A stretch of 15,371 bases of DNA from Candidatus Latescibacterota bacterium. GTDB lineage: Bacteria > Latescibacterota > UBA2968. The notes below the pieces were generated by a model. It saw nothing but the letters and a program-made list of their open reading frames with translations. It was not told where the DNA came from and did not search any database. The DNA is taken from contig JAYODI010000025.1 in assembly GCA_038279365.1 (NCBI GenBank), positions 14,373 through 29,743 on the forward strand. The letters run 5' to 3'. This document shows, piece after piece, positions 1 to 8,106 of the stretch (positions are counted from its first letter, which is position 1; each line of letters opens with the position of its first letter). A program made the position numbers and the translations under genes.

Positions 1-1104
1 CCCATTATTATGCTGTTTTTGGGTGGCTTTTTCTTGGCGATGGCGGCCACCAAATATCGCTTGGATCAAAATTTAGCGCGTGTTTTGCTGAAACCTTTTG
101 GATCAAACCCCAAGTTTATTTTATTGGGGCTTATGGTGATTACAGCGGTATTTTCAATGTTTATGAGCAATACCGCCACCACAGCGATGATGTTGGCCAT
201 TTTGATGCCTGTTTTAAAAGCTTTTGAGGCTGATGATTCTGGAAAAGTGGCATTTGCATTGGGTATTCCTTTTGCTGCAAATATTGGCGGTATTGGAACA
301 CCCATTGGAACACCGCCCAATGCGGTGGCCATGAAATATTTGGGGGGCGCAATCAGTTTTGGAAAGTGGATGAGTTTTGCCCTGCCTTATGTGTTTGTGA
401 TGTTGGTCTTTGCATGGATATTGTTGTCTGTGATGTTTCCTTGTAAATGCCCCACACTTGAAGTGGATATGAAAGGGCGGTTTTTAAAACACAAACGCGC
501 TTGGGTGGTCTATGTGACTTCGCTGTTGACCATTGTACTTTGGTTGACCGACTTTTTGCATGGCATGAATGCTTATGTGGTGGCCATGATTCCTGTGGCG
601 GTTTTTTCTGCCACACAGATTATTACCTCCGAAGATTTGAAGCTGATCAGTTGGGATGTTTTGTGGTTGGTGGCCGGTGGCATTGCCTTAGGGCAAGGGT
701 TAGAGCAAAGTGGGTTGGCTGCGCGTTTGGTGTCGCAAATACCATTTGAAAATTTTTCACCGCTTTGGGTGGTTGGTCTTGCTACTGGGGTTGCTGTGCT
801 GATGGCCACATTGATGTCCAATACGGCTACTGCCAATTTGCTGTTGCCCATGATTGCTGTTTTGGGAGCCAGTCTAAAGGGTTTGGACGTGATGGGCGGC
901 AGTGCGATGCTGATTGTTGTGGTGACCATGTCTTGCTCTTTGGCGATGGCATTGCCAGTAAGCACCCCACCCAATGCCATGGCTCATGCAACGGGTGTGA
1001 TCAAAACCGATCAAATGTTTCGATGTGGCATTGTGATTGGTATTGCTGGCCTAATGTTGTCTTATGTGTTGATGTTTGTTTTGACGGGCATTGATTTTTG
1101 GTAG
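1..1104 (+). CDS. DASS/SLC13 family Na+-coupled anion (di/tricarboxylate or sulfate) symporter, 5'-truncated by the window edge
   Basis: Frame is open from base 1 (PIIMLFLGGF...). Highly hydrophobic, with both DASS repeat signatures: SMFMSNTATTAMM / GTPIGTPPNA and LMSNTATANL / PVSTPPNA. Stop TAG at 1102-1104. Confidence 0.92.
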   Translation, partial: PIIMLFLGGFFLAMAATKYRLDQNLARVLLKPFGSNPKFILLGLMVITAVFSMFMSNTATTAMMLAILMPVLKAFEADDSGKVAFALGIPFAANIGGIGTPIGTPPNAVAMKYLGGAISFGKWMSFALPYVFVMLVFAWILLSVMFPCKCPTLEVDMKGRFLKHKRAWVVYVTSLLTIVLWLTDFLHGMNAYVVAMIPVAVFSATQIITSEDLKLISWDVLWLVAGGIALGQGLEQSGLAARLVSQIPFENFSPLWVVGLATGVAVLMATLMSNTATANLLLPMIAVLGASLKGLDVMGGSAMLIVVVTMSCSLAMALPVSTPPNAMAHATGVIKTDQMFRCGIVIGIAGLMLSYVLMFVLTGIDFW

Positions 1105-1116
1105 GTGAGGTGATTT

Positions 1117-2457
1117 GTGAACCCAGGTGCAGAACAAAACAGTGATTATGTCGATGCTTTGTTGACCACTTATTTTTCAGACCCCCAATATCAGGTGTCT
1201 CTCAAAGCTGGCGAGGTATTGCTTCATCAGGGAGAACCCAACGATCGGCTTTACGTTTTGCTCAGTGGTTGTTTGCGTGCCGAACAACAAGGTGAAAGTG
1301 GGTATACCACAGAGATTTTTCAAGCCACATCACATCGTTTTGTGGGGGTTTACAGTTTTTTTTCGGCGACCTATTTGAGTGTGATGACATTGGTAGCAGA
1401 CGCAGATTGTGTTTTGGCCTACCTTGACCGAAATCGTTTTTTCGATTTGCGCAAAAAAGGAGATCCTCTTTTTGAACGGTTTATGCCGGTTGTGGTCACC
1501 GAGTTGGTTAATCGTTATCGCCAAACACAAGAGTTGACCATTGCAAGAGAAAAGGCTTTTCAAAAATTGCTCGAAACAGAAAAGGTTGCGTCGTTGGGGC
1601 AATTGGCAGCTGGTGTGGCTCATGAGTTGAACAATGCCATCGCTGTATTGGAGCGCAACAGTGAATGGTTAAGCCAGGCCATACACGATATTTTTGACCA
1701 TTCAGATGCTTCGGCATTTTATCAGAAAGGTCTTGATGAAGGATATCGGTTGTCAAGCAAGGAACGGCGGCAGCAACGCCGTGCTTTAGAAAAGAGATGG
1801 CAGGTAGATGCTCAAAAAGCAGTGTGTCTTGTGGAATTGGGATTAGAGAATGACACCAATCAAAAGTCAGATGATCAACTTTTAAAATATCATAAGGCTT
1901 GGAAAATGGGTTCTGCGTTGCATGATGTTTTGGTGGCCTCCAAACAAGCAGCGCATGTGGTGCGATCCATGAAAGTTTTGGGCATGGCATCGACCGAACG
2001 CATTTCTGGCGTTGATATCAATGGCACCCTTCAAGATGCGTTGGCATTGTCCAAACCTTTGTTGGAGGGTGTGGATGTTGCATTGGATTTTGAAGCGTTG
2101 CCTCCCGTGTTTGCAAATGCGGGTGAGTTGGTGCAAATTTGGCTTAATCTCATCAAGAATGCCTGTGAAAGCATGGTGACTGTTGCGCACCCTAAGTTGT
2201 CTGTTATGAGTCAGTGTGTGGCCAATGTTGTCGAGATTACGATTGAAGATTGTGGAATTGGGATTTCACCTGACGTTTTGCCACATATTTTTCAACCCAA
2301 TGTGACCACAAAGATCGATGGTTTGTCTTTTGGATTGGGGTTGGGGTTGACGATTGTGCAAAGATTGGTTCACCAACTCAATGGCGATATTGCTGTTGAG
2401 AGTTGTCCTGGGCGCACTTCATTTTGTGTGCATATTCCAATTGGGAGTAAATCATGA
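1117..2457 (+). CDS. Cytoplasmic sensor histidine kinase with N-terminal cyclic-nucleotide-binding (Crp-like) fold
   Basis: GTG start after AGGTGAGGTGA RBS. N-terminal LKAGEVLLHQGEPNDRLYVLLSG (cNMP fold), H-box LGQLAAGVAHELNN, N-box QIWLNLIKNA, G1 DCGIGI, F-box IFQPNVTTK, G2 GLGLGL. No obvious transmembrane helix. Confidence 0.9.
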   Translation: MNPGAEQNSDYVDALLTTYFSDPQYQVSLKAGEVLLHQGEPNDRLYVLLSGCLRAEQQGESGYTTEIFQATSHRFVGVYSFFSATYLSVMTLVADADCVLAYLDRNRFFDLRKKGDPLFERFMPVVVTELVNRYRQTQELTIAREKAFQKLLETEKVASLGQLAAGVAHELNNAIAVLERNSEWLSQAIHDIFDHSDASAFYQKGLDEGYRLSSKERRQQRRALEKRWQVDAQKAVCLVELGLENDTNQKSDDQLLKYHKAWKMGSALHDVLVASKQAAHVVRSMKVLGMASTERISGVDINGTLQDALALSKPLLEGVDVALDFEALPPVFANAGELVQIWLNLIKNACESMVTVAHPKLSVMSQCVANVVEITIEDCGIGISPDVLPHIFQPNVTTKIDGLSFGLGLGLTIVQRLVHQLNGDIAVESCPGRTSFCVHIPIGSKS

Positions 2458-2927
2458 CGCTGCACATTATTTGTGTGGATGACCAGCGAGAAGTTTTGGC
2501 GGCCTTACAAAATGACTTGTCTGTTTTGCCTTTTGTGGTAGAAGGGTGCGAGTCGGCAGAAGAGGCTTGGGAAGTGATGGAAGATTTGGATGCCTCTGGC
2601 GAATTTGTGGCTCTGATTGTATGTGACCAGGTGATGCCCGATAAGAATGGGGTCGATTTTTTGTCTGAAGTGGCCACGGACGACCGTTTTTTACACACGC
2701 GCAAAATGCTGTTGACGGGGTTGGCTACACACCGTGACACAATTCGAGCTATTAACGAATCTAATATTGATATGTATATTGAGAAACCCTGGGATGTGGA
2801 AAGCTTGTTGGATCACATTTGTCGTTTGGTGACTGAATTTGTGGTTTCTGCGCGGCTTGATTATGCATCTATGATAGACGTATTACACTCAGAAACGCTT
2901 TACAAAGCATTGCGAAAAAAGACTTAA
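2454..2927 (+). CDS. Stand-alone response regulator (receiver domain plus short C-terminal tail)
   Basis: ATGA overlap with the kinase stop. Receiver motifs CVDD, CDQVMP (phospho-Asp), LLTG, EKPW. No recognisable DNA-binding output domain. Confidence 0.92.
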   Translation: MTLHIICVDDQREVLAALQNDLSVLPFVVEGCESAEEAWEVMEDLDASGEFVALIVCDQVMPDKNGVDFLSEVATDDRFLHTRKMLLTGLATHRDTIRAINESNIDMYIEKPWDVESLLDHICRLVTEFVVSARLDYASMIDVLHSETLYKALRKKT

Positions 2928-2960
2928 ATGTAGGTTGGTGAGTAATACAATAGACATGGG

Positions 2961-2994
2961 GCAGGCACAAGTGATGGTTGTGCCTGCTTTTTTT
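2961..2994 (+). terminator. Intrinsic terminator after the transporter/two-component unit
   Basis: GCAGGCACAA-gtgatgg-TTGTGCCTGC perfect 10-bp stem followed by T7. Confidence 0.88.
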
Positions 2995-3013
2995 GTGACA
3001 TGTAAATTCGTAT

Positions 3014-3042
3014 AGAGACGCGAGTGTCTCACTTTAAGTGAG
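3014..3042. promoter_or_regulatory. Candidate upstream activator sites (overlapping dyads) for the PFOR sigma54 promoter
   Basis: GAGAC-N6-GTCTC (3015-3030) overlaps CTCACTT-T-AAGTGAG (3028-3042), about 80-105 bp upstream of the inferred start site. Confidence 0.5.
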
Positions 3043-3091
3043 GGAGATATAAATAAATCCATTTGTTTTAAGGATATTAGGCTGGTTAAAA

Positions 3092-3109
3092 TTTGGCATA
3101 GGGGTTGCT
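3092..3109 (+). promoter_or_regulatory. sigma54 (RpoN) -24/-12 promoter of the PFOR operon
   Basis: TTTGGCATAGGGGTTGCT has exact GG-N10-GC spacing and matches TGGCAC-N5-TTGCW. It is intergenic and correctly oriented. Confidence 0.82.
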
Positions 3110-3158
3110 TTTATGATTTTGTGATCGTTAGGGTATGAACTTTTTTCTTGGAGGTCTC

Positions 3159-6100
3159 ATGGAACGTCCCATGGTCACAATAGACGCCAATGAGGCAGCA
3201 GCATACGTGGCACATCAAGTGAATGATGTGATTGCTATTTATCCAATTACGCCTTCTTCGCCGATGGGTGAGTTGGCCGATGCGTATGCAGCTGGTGGAA
3301 AAACCAATATTTGGGGCACGGTGCCTTTGGTAATGGAAATGCAAAGCGAAGGTGGGGCTGCAGGAGCGGTGCATGGTGCTTTGCAAACAGGGTCTTTAAC
3401 GACAACTTTTACGGCGTCACAAGGGTTGTTGTTGATGATTCCCAATATGTATAAAATTGCCGGGGAACTAACCCCCACGGTTTTTCATGTGGCGGCACGA
3501 TCATTGGCCACTCAAGCCCTGTCTATTTTTGGCGATCACAGCGATGTAATGGCCACACGGCAAACAGGTTTTGCGCTGTTGGCTTCTAACTCTGTGCAAG
3601 AATCCATGGATTTTTCATTGATCTCACAAGCGGCAACCTTAGAATCGCGCGTACCATTTTTACATTTTTTTGATGGGTTTCGCACCTCTCATGAGGTGAT
3701 GAAAGTGGAGCAGTTGAATACCGAAGACATTCGGGCCATGATTGATGATAATTTTGTTCGTGCCCACCGAAACAGAGGATTATCACCCGATCACCCCGTG
3801 ATTCGTGGAACGGCACAAAACCCCGATGTGTATTTTCAAGGGCGAGAAGCATCAAATACATTCTATTTGAATTTGCCTGATATTGTGCAAAAAACGATGG
3901 ACAAATTTGCCACATTGGTAGGTCGGCAATATCACTTGTTTGATTATGTTGGGGCACCCGATGCCGAGCGGGTCATTGTGCTGATGGGTTCTGGTGCAGA
4001 AACTGCCCATGAAACGGTGGATTATTTGGTAGAACGGGGTGAAAAAGTAGGGATTTTGAAGGTGCGGCTATATCGGCCATTTTCGATCTCACATTTTATA
4101 GATGCTTTGCCGAAAAGCGTAAAATCTATTGCCGTATTGGATCGCACCAAGGAACCTGGCGGCATTGGCGAACCTATGTATTTGGATGTGGTGTCAGCTA
4201 TTCAAGAGTCGGATGTATTGGAAAGCAAACCCAAAGTGGTGGGTGGGCGATATGGTTTGTCATCCAAAGAATTTACCCCCGCCATGATTAAGGGCGTGTT
4301 TGATGAGTTGGCAAAACCGAAGCCTAAAAATCATTTTACGGTGGGTATTACAGACGATGTAACACATACGCATATTGACTATGATCGTTCTTTTTCGATT
4401 GAAGGATCCGATGTGTTTCGGGGCATGTTTTTTGGGTTGGGAGCAGATGGTACGGTGGGGGCAAATAAAAACTCGATCAAAATTATAGGTGAGTATACCA
4501 ACAATTTTGCGCAGGGTTATTTTGTTTACGATTCCAAAAAGTCGGGATCGATTACGACCTCACATCTGCGGTTTGGCAAAAAGCCCATTCGTTCGGCGTA
4601 TTTGATCGATCAGGCTGATTTTGTGGCGTGCCATCAATTTGTGTTTTTAGAAAAATACGATATGCTCAGATATGCGAGGAATGGTGGGACTTTTTTATTA
4701 AACAGCCCCTATGGTCCAGATGAAGTATGGCATCATTTGCCACGCAAGGTTCAAGAGCAAATTGTTGAAAAGGATTTAAAATTATTTGTGGTTGATGCCT
4801 ATGAAGTGGCCCGACAAACGGGTATGGGACAGCGCATTAATACGGTAATGCAAACGTGCTTTTTTGCCATTAGTGGGGTGTTGCCTCAAGATGAGGCCAT
4901 TGGATACATTCAAGACGCCATTCGCAAAACATATGGCAAAAAAGGCGAAAAAATAGTGGAAATGAATTTTGAAGCTGTTGAAAAGTCCGTTGAAAACTTG
5001 CATGCCGTTCAGGTACCCAGCCAAATCAGCAGCGTGATTGAAATGTTGCCCCCGGTGCCTGCAAATGCACCAGACTTTGTGCAACGTTTTACCGCGCCTG
5101 TTATTGCGGGTTTGGGAGATGATTTGCCGGTCAGTGCGATGTCTATAGATGGCACATTTCCTACGGCCACATCACAATGGGAAAAACGCAACATCGCACT
5201 TGAAGTACCGGTTTGGGATATGGATGCGTGTATTCAATGCAACAAATGTGCTTTGATATGCCCCCATGCATGCATTCGTCCTAAAATTTATGACGAAGCA
5301 CATTTGGAAAATGCCCCCGATACGTTTAAGTCGGTGGATGCCAAATCGCGTGAATTTAAAGGCATGAAATATACGTTGCAGGTTGCGGTTGAAGATTGTA
5401 CGGGGTGTGGTTTGTGTGTTCATTTTTGTCCAGCAAAGAACAAGTCACAAACAAGCCTCAAGGCGATTAATATGTCTGCCCAAGAACCGATCCGTGATAC
5501 GGAACGAAAAAATTATCAATTCTTTCTCAATTTGCCTGAGTTAGATCGCCGGCAAGTGAAGATGAATACGGTGCGCGACTCACAACTGTTGCAACCTTTG
5601 TTTGAATATTCGGGGGCTTGTGCAGGGTGTGGGGAAACACCTTATCTCAAATTGGTCAGTCAATTTTTTGGTGACCGAGCCATGGTGGCCAACGCAACGG
5701 GATGTTCTTCCATTTATGGTGGCAATTTACCCACCACACCTTGGGCTACTGATGGCAAAGGCCGAGGACCTGCTTGGGCAAACTCCTTGTTTGAAGACAA
5801 TGCCGAGTTTGGTTTGGGATATCGTTTAACACTGGACAAACGTATGGAATATGCCCAAGAATTGGTGCATCGATTGGCCGATGTCTTGGGGGCTCAGTTG
5901 GTTGATGGTTTGTTACATGCGCTACAAAAGGACGAAGCCGATATTTTTGAACAACGCCAACGTGTGGAAGCGGTTAAAGAAAAATTGGCTGGTGTAGCAA
6001 GTGATGATGCACGTGAGCTATTAGATGTGGCCGATGCGTTGGTCAAAAAAAGTGTGTGGATTGTGGGCGGAGATGGGTGGGCATATGACATTGGTTATGG

Positions 6101-6728
6101 CGGATTAGACCATGTTATGGCATCTGGGCGCAATGTGAACATCTTGGTGTTAGACACCGAAGTGTATTCCAACACGGGCGGTCAAATGTCAAAATCGACC
6201 CCACGTGCTGCCGTGGCCAAGTTTGCGGCTGGTGGCAAGCCCACGCCAAAGAAAGATTTGGCACTGATGGCGATGAGTTATGGCAATGTGTATGTGGCAC
6301 GTGTGGCAATGGGTGCAAATGATATGCAAACTGTGCGTGCGCTCTTAGAAGCCGAAGCCTATGATGGGCCCTCGTTGGTCATCGCCTATTCGCAATGTAT
6401 TGCCCACGGGATTAATATGAGCACGGGTACTGATCAACAAAAAGCTGCGGTTGATTCTGGGCATTGGGTGTTGATGCGATACAATCCTGAGCGGGCAATG
6501 GCGGGCGAAAACCCATTGCTACTGGATTCGAAAGCGCCCAAAATGAAGTTTAAAGAATATGCCTTAAGTGAAGCGCGCTATCACATGTTGGCGCGTAGCA
6601 AACCTGATGCATCTGAGGCGTTAATGGTGTTGGCTCAACGTGATGTGGATACGCGCTGGCGATATTATGAGCAAATGGCGAGCATGCATTTTGGCGAAAA
6701 TGGAAAAACACCATCCGAGAAGGCTTAG
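3159..6728 (+). CDS. nifJ: Pyruvate:ferredoxin (flavodoxin) oxidoreductase, single-chain type
   Basis: YPITP, MQSEGGAAG, GLGADGTVGANK, two ferredoxin motifs (CIQCNKCALICP, CTGCGLCVHFCP), ACAGCGE, and TPP motif GGDGWAYDIG...YSNTGGQ. Start moved to ATG 3159, which follows a GGAGG RBS. Confidence 0.97.
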   Translation: MERPMVTIDANEAAAYVAHQVNDVIAIYPITPSSPMGELADAYAAGGKTNIWGTVPLVMEMQSEGGAAGAVHGALQTGSLTTTFTASQGLLLMIPNMYKIAGELTPTVFHVAARSLATQALSIFGDHSDVMATRQTGFALLASNSVQESMDFSLISQAATLESRVPFLHFFDGFRTSHEVMKVEQLNTEDIRAMIDDNFVRAHRNRGLSPDHPVIRGTAQNPDVYFQGREASNTFYLNLPDIVQKTMDKFATLVGRQYHLFDYVGAPDAERVIVLMGSGAETAHETVDYLVERGEKVGILKVRLYRPFSISHFIDALPKSVKSIAVLDRTKEPGGIGEPMYLDVVSAIQESDVLESKPKVVGGRYGLSSKEFTPAMIKGVFDELAKPKPKNHFTVGITDDVTHTHIDYDRSFSIEGSDVFRGMFFGLGADGTVGANKNSIKIIGEYTNNFAQGYFVYDSKKSGSITTSHLRFGKKPIRSAYLIDQADFVACHQFVFLEKYDMLRYARNGGTFLLNSPYGPDEVWHHLPRKVQEQIVEKDLKLFVVDAYEVARQTGMGQRINTVMQTCFFAISGVLPQDEAIGYIQDAIRKTYGKKGEKIVEMNFEAVEKSVENLHAVQVPSQISSVIEMLPPVPANAPDFVQRFTAPVIAGLGDDLPVSAMSIDGTFPTATSQWEKRNIALEVPVWDMDACIQCNKCALICPHACIRPKIYDEAHLENAPDTFKSVDAKSREFKGMKYTLQVAVEDCTGCGLCVHFCPAKNKSQTSLKAINMSAQEPIRDTERKNYQFFLNLPELDRRQVKMNTVRDSQLLQPLFEYSGACAGCGETPYLKLVSQFFGDRAMVANATGCSSIYGGNLPTTPWATDGKGRGPAWANSLFEDNAEFGLGYRLTLDKRMEYAQELVHRLADVLGAQLVDGLLHALQKDEADIFEQRQRVEAVKEKLAGVASDDARELLDVADALVKKSVWIVGGDGWAYDIGYGGLDHVMASGRNVNILVLDTEVYSNTGGQMSKSTPRAAVAKFAAGGKPTPKKDLALMAMSYGNVYVARVAMGANDMQTVRALLEAEAYDGPSLVIAYSQCIAHGINMSTGTDQQKAAVDSGHWVLMRYNPERAMAGENPLLLDSKAPKMKFKEYALSEARYHMLARSKPDASEALMVLAQRDVDTRWRYYEQMASMHFGENGKTPSEKA

Positions 6729-6737
6729 GGCAGATTG

Positions 6738-6787
6738 TTTACTCGTGGTTGTTGGCGCTGGTGATGAACCCCAACAACTACGGTAAA
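6738..6787 (+). other. Long intergenic RNA hairpin without a U-tract
   Basis: TTTACtCGTGGTTGTTGG (6738-6755) pairs with CCAACAACTACGGTAAA (6771-6787): about 17 bp with one bulge and one G-U pair. Confidence 0.65.
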
Positions 6788-6860
6788 TCATGGTGATATT
6801 CTTGGGTGAGGGGTTTACGCTTTGAAATTGCACCTATTATGACTTTTAGAGGAGTGATGT

Positions 6861-7853
6861 ATGGACTTAACCACAACATATATGGGCATGACACTTAAAA
6901 ACCCGCTTGTGGCATCGGCATCGCCGTTGTCGCGTGAAGTTTCAAATGTGCGTGCTATGGAAGATGCTGGCATTGCGGGGGTGGTGATGTATTCGCTCTT
7001 TGAAGAGCAAATTGCTCACGAAACGGCAGAAGTAGACCATTACTTGAGTTATGGTACAGAGAGTTTTGCCGAAGCCTTGGATTATTTCCCCGAACCCGAT
7101 ATTTATCATCGTGGCCCAGATGAATACTTGGATCATATTCGACGATTAAAGGATGCGGTGGATATCCCTGTTATTGCCAGTTTAAACGGTACGTCATCGG
7201 GGGGGTGGACGCGATATGCCCAATTGATGGAAGAGGCCGGTGCCGATGCCTTGGAGCTCAATGTGTATCATATTCCCACCGATCCTACGGTGGGGGCGGC
7301 ACAAGTTGAACAAATGTACTTAAATGTTTTGACAGATGTCAAAAGTCAGGTATCTATTCCGGTGGCGATCAAATTAAGCCCCTATTTTAGTGCGATGGCA
7401 GCTATGGCTCGTCAGTTGGATTTGGCAGGCGCTGATGCTTTGGTTTTGTTTAACCGATTTTATCAGCCTGACTTTGATTTGGAAAACTTGGATGTGGTTT
7501 CGAATGTGATTTTGAGCACGCCAATAGCCGCGCGATTGCCCTTGCGATGGATTGCAATTTTACACGGACGTATTTCTGCCGATTTGGCTGCCACCAGTGG
7601 GGTACACAACGCGGAAGATGTGCTTAAGATGTTGATGGCTGGGGCAAATGTAACGATGATGTGCTCGGCTTTGTTGCGCAATGGCATCGGACATGCGTGG
7701 CGTGTATTGGAAGATTTGAGAACATGGATGGGTGAACGAGAATATGTTTCTGTGGCTCAATTACAAGGGAGTATGAGCCAAAAATCTTGTGGCGACCCCA
7801 GCGCTTATGAACGTGCCAACTATATGCGGGCGCTCAATACGTATAAGATGTAG
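6861..7853 (+). CDS. Dihydroorotate dehydrogenase-like FMN protein (DHOD-like family found beside PFOR)
   Basis: AGAGGAG RBS. MDLTTTYMGMTLKNPLVASASP, SLFEEQI, IPVIASLNG, GADALELN, PVAIKLSPYF, LVLFNRFYQPD, AYERANY. Lacks the class-1 SCPN catalytic motif. Confidence 0.9.
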   Translation: MDLTTTYMGMTLKNPLVASASPLSREVSNVRAMEDAGIAGVVMYSLFEEQIAHETAEVDHYLSYGTESFAEALDYFPEPDIYHRGPDEYLDHIRRLKDAVDIPVIASLNGTSSGGWTRYAQLMEEAGADALELNVYHIPTDPTVGAAQVEQMYLNVLTDVKSQVSIPVAIKLSPYFSAMAAMARQLDLAGADALVLFNRFYQPDFDLENLDVVSNVILSTPIAARLPLRWIAILHGRISADLAATSGVHNAEDVLKMLMAGANVTMMCSALLRNGIGHAWRVLEDLRTWMGEREYVSVAQLQGSMSQKSCGDPSAYERANYMRALNTYKM

Positions 7854-7873
7854 TTTCAACATATCCTGATTAT

Positions 7874-7909
7874 AAAACCGCCGAAGCATCATGCTTTGGC
7901 GGTTTTTTT
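7874..7909 (+). terminator. Intrinsic terminator (possibly bidirectional) after the PFOR/DHOD-like operon
   Basis: AAAACCGCCGAAGCA-tca-TGCTTTGGCGGTTTT stem running into T7. Confidence 0.9.
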
Positions 7910-8038
7910 GTTATTGTGACCAAGATTGATTTTTTGTGGGACAACACCGTCACAGGATGATCAATGATTGGAAATGTGATAATTTTTATAAGGTATTAAA
8001 AAATAACATTTTAATTGTTTTGGGTGGCGTGATTTTTG

Positions 8039-8056
8039 TTTGGCACAGGGGTTGCG
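8039..8056 (+). promoter_or_regulatory. sigma54 (RpoN) -24/-12 promoter upstream of the TonB gene
   Basis: TTTGGCACAGGGGTTGCG is an exact TGGCAC-N5-TTGC match and is 16/17 identical to the element at 3092-3108. Confidence 0.82.
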
Positions 8057-8106
8057 TTGGTTATGGGTGTCCGAGGTGGTCATATTATGATGTGAAGGAG
8101 GGTCTC

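Noticed and set aside
3135-3158. Upstream ATG for PFOR
   Set aside because: The extra codons contain the GGAGG RBS of ATG 3159, where family similarity starts.
3159-6728. Nitrogen-fixation role implied by the name nifJ and a sigma54 promoter
   Set aside because: No nif structural or nifA genes are in the window; nifJ-type PFOR is widespread in non-diazotrophs.
6861-7853. Calling this gene pyrD
   Set aside because: Catalytic motif absent and no pyr genes nearby.
7936-8106. ORF-track N-terminal extension of TonB
   Set aside because: It runs through the AT-rich regulatory region and the sigma54 promoter; ATG 8107 has a strong RBS.
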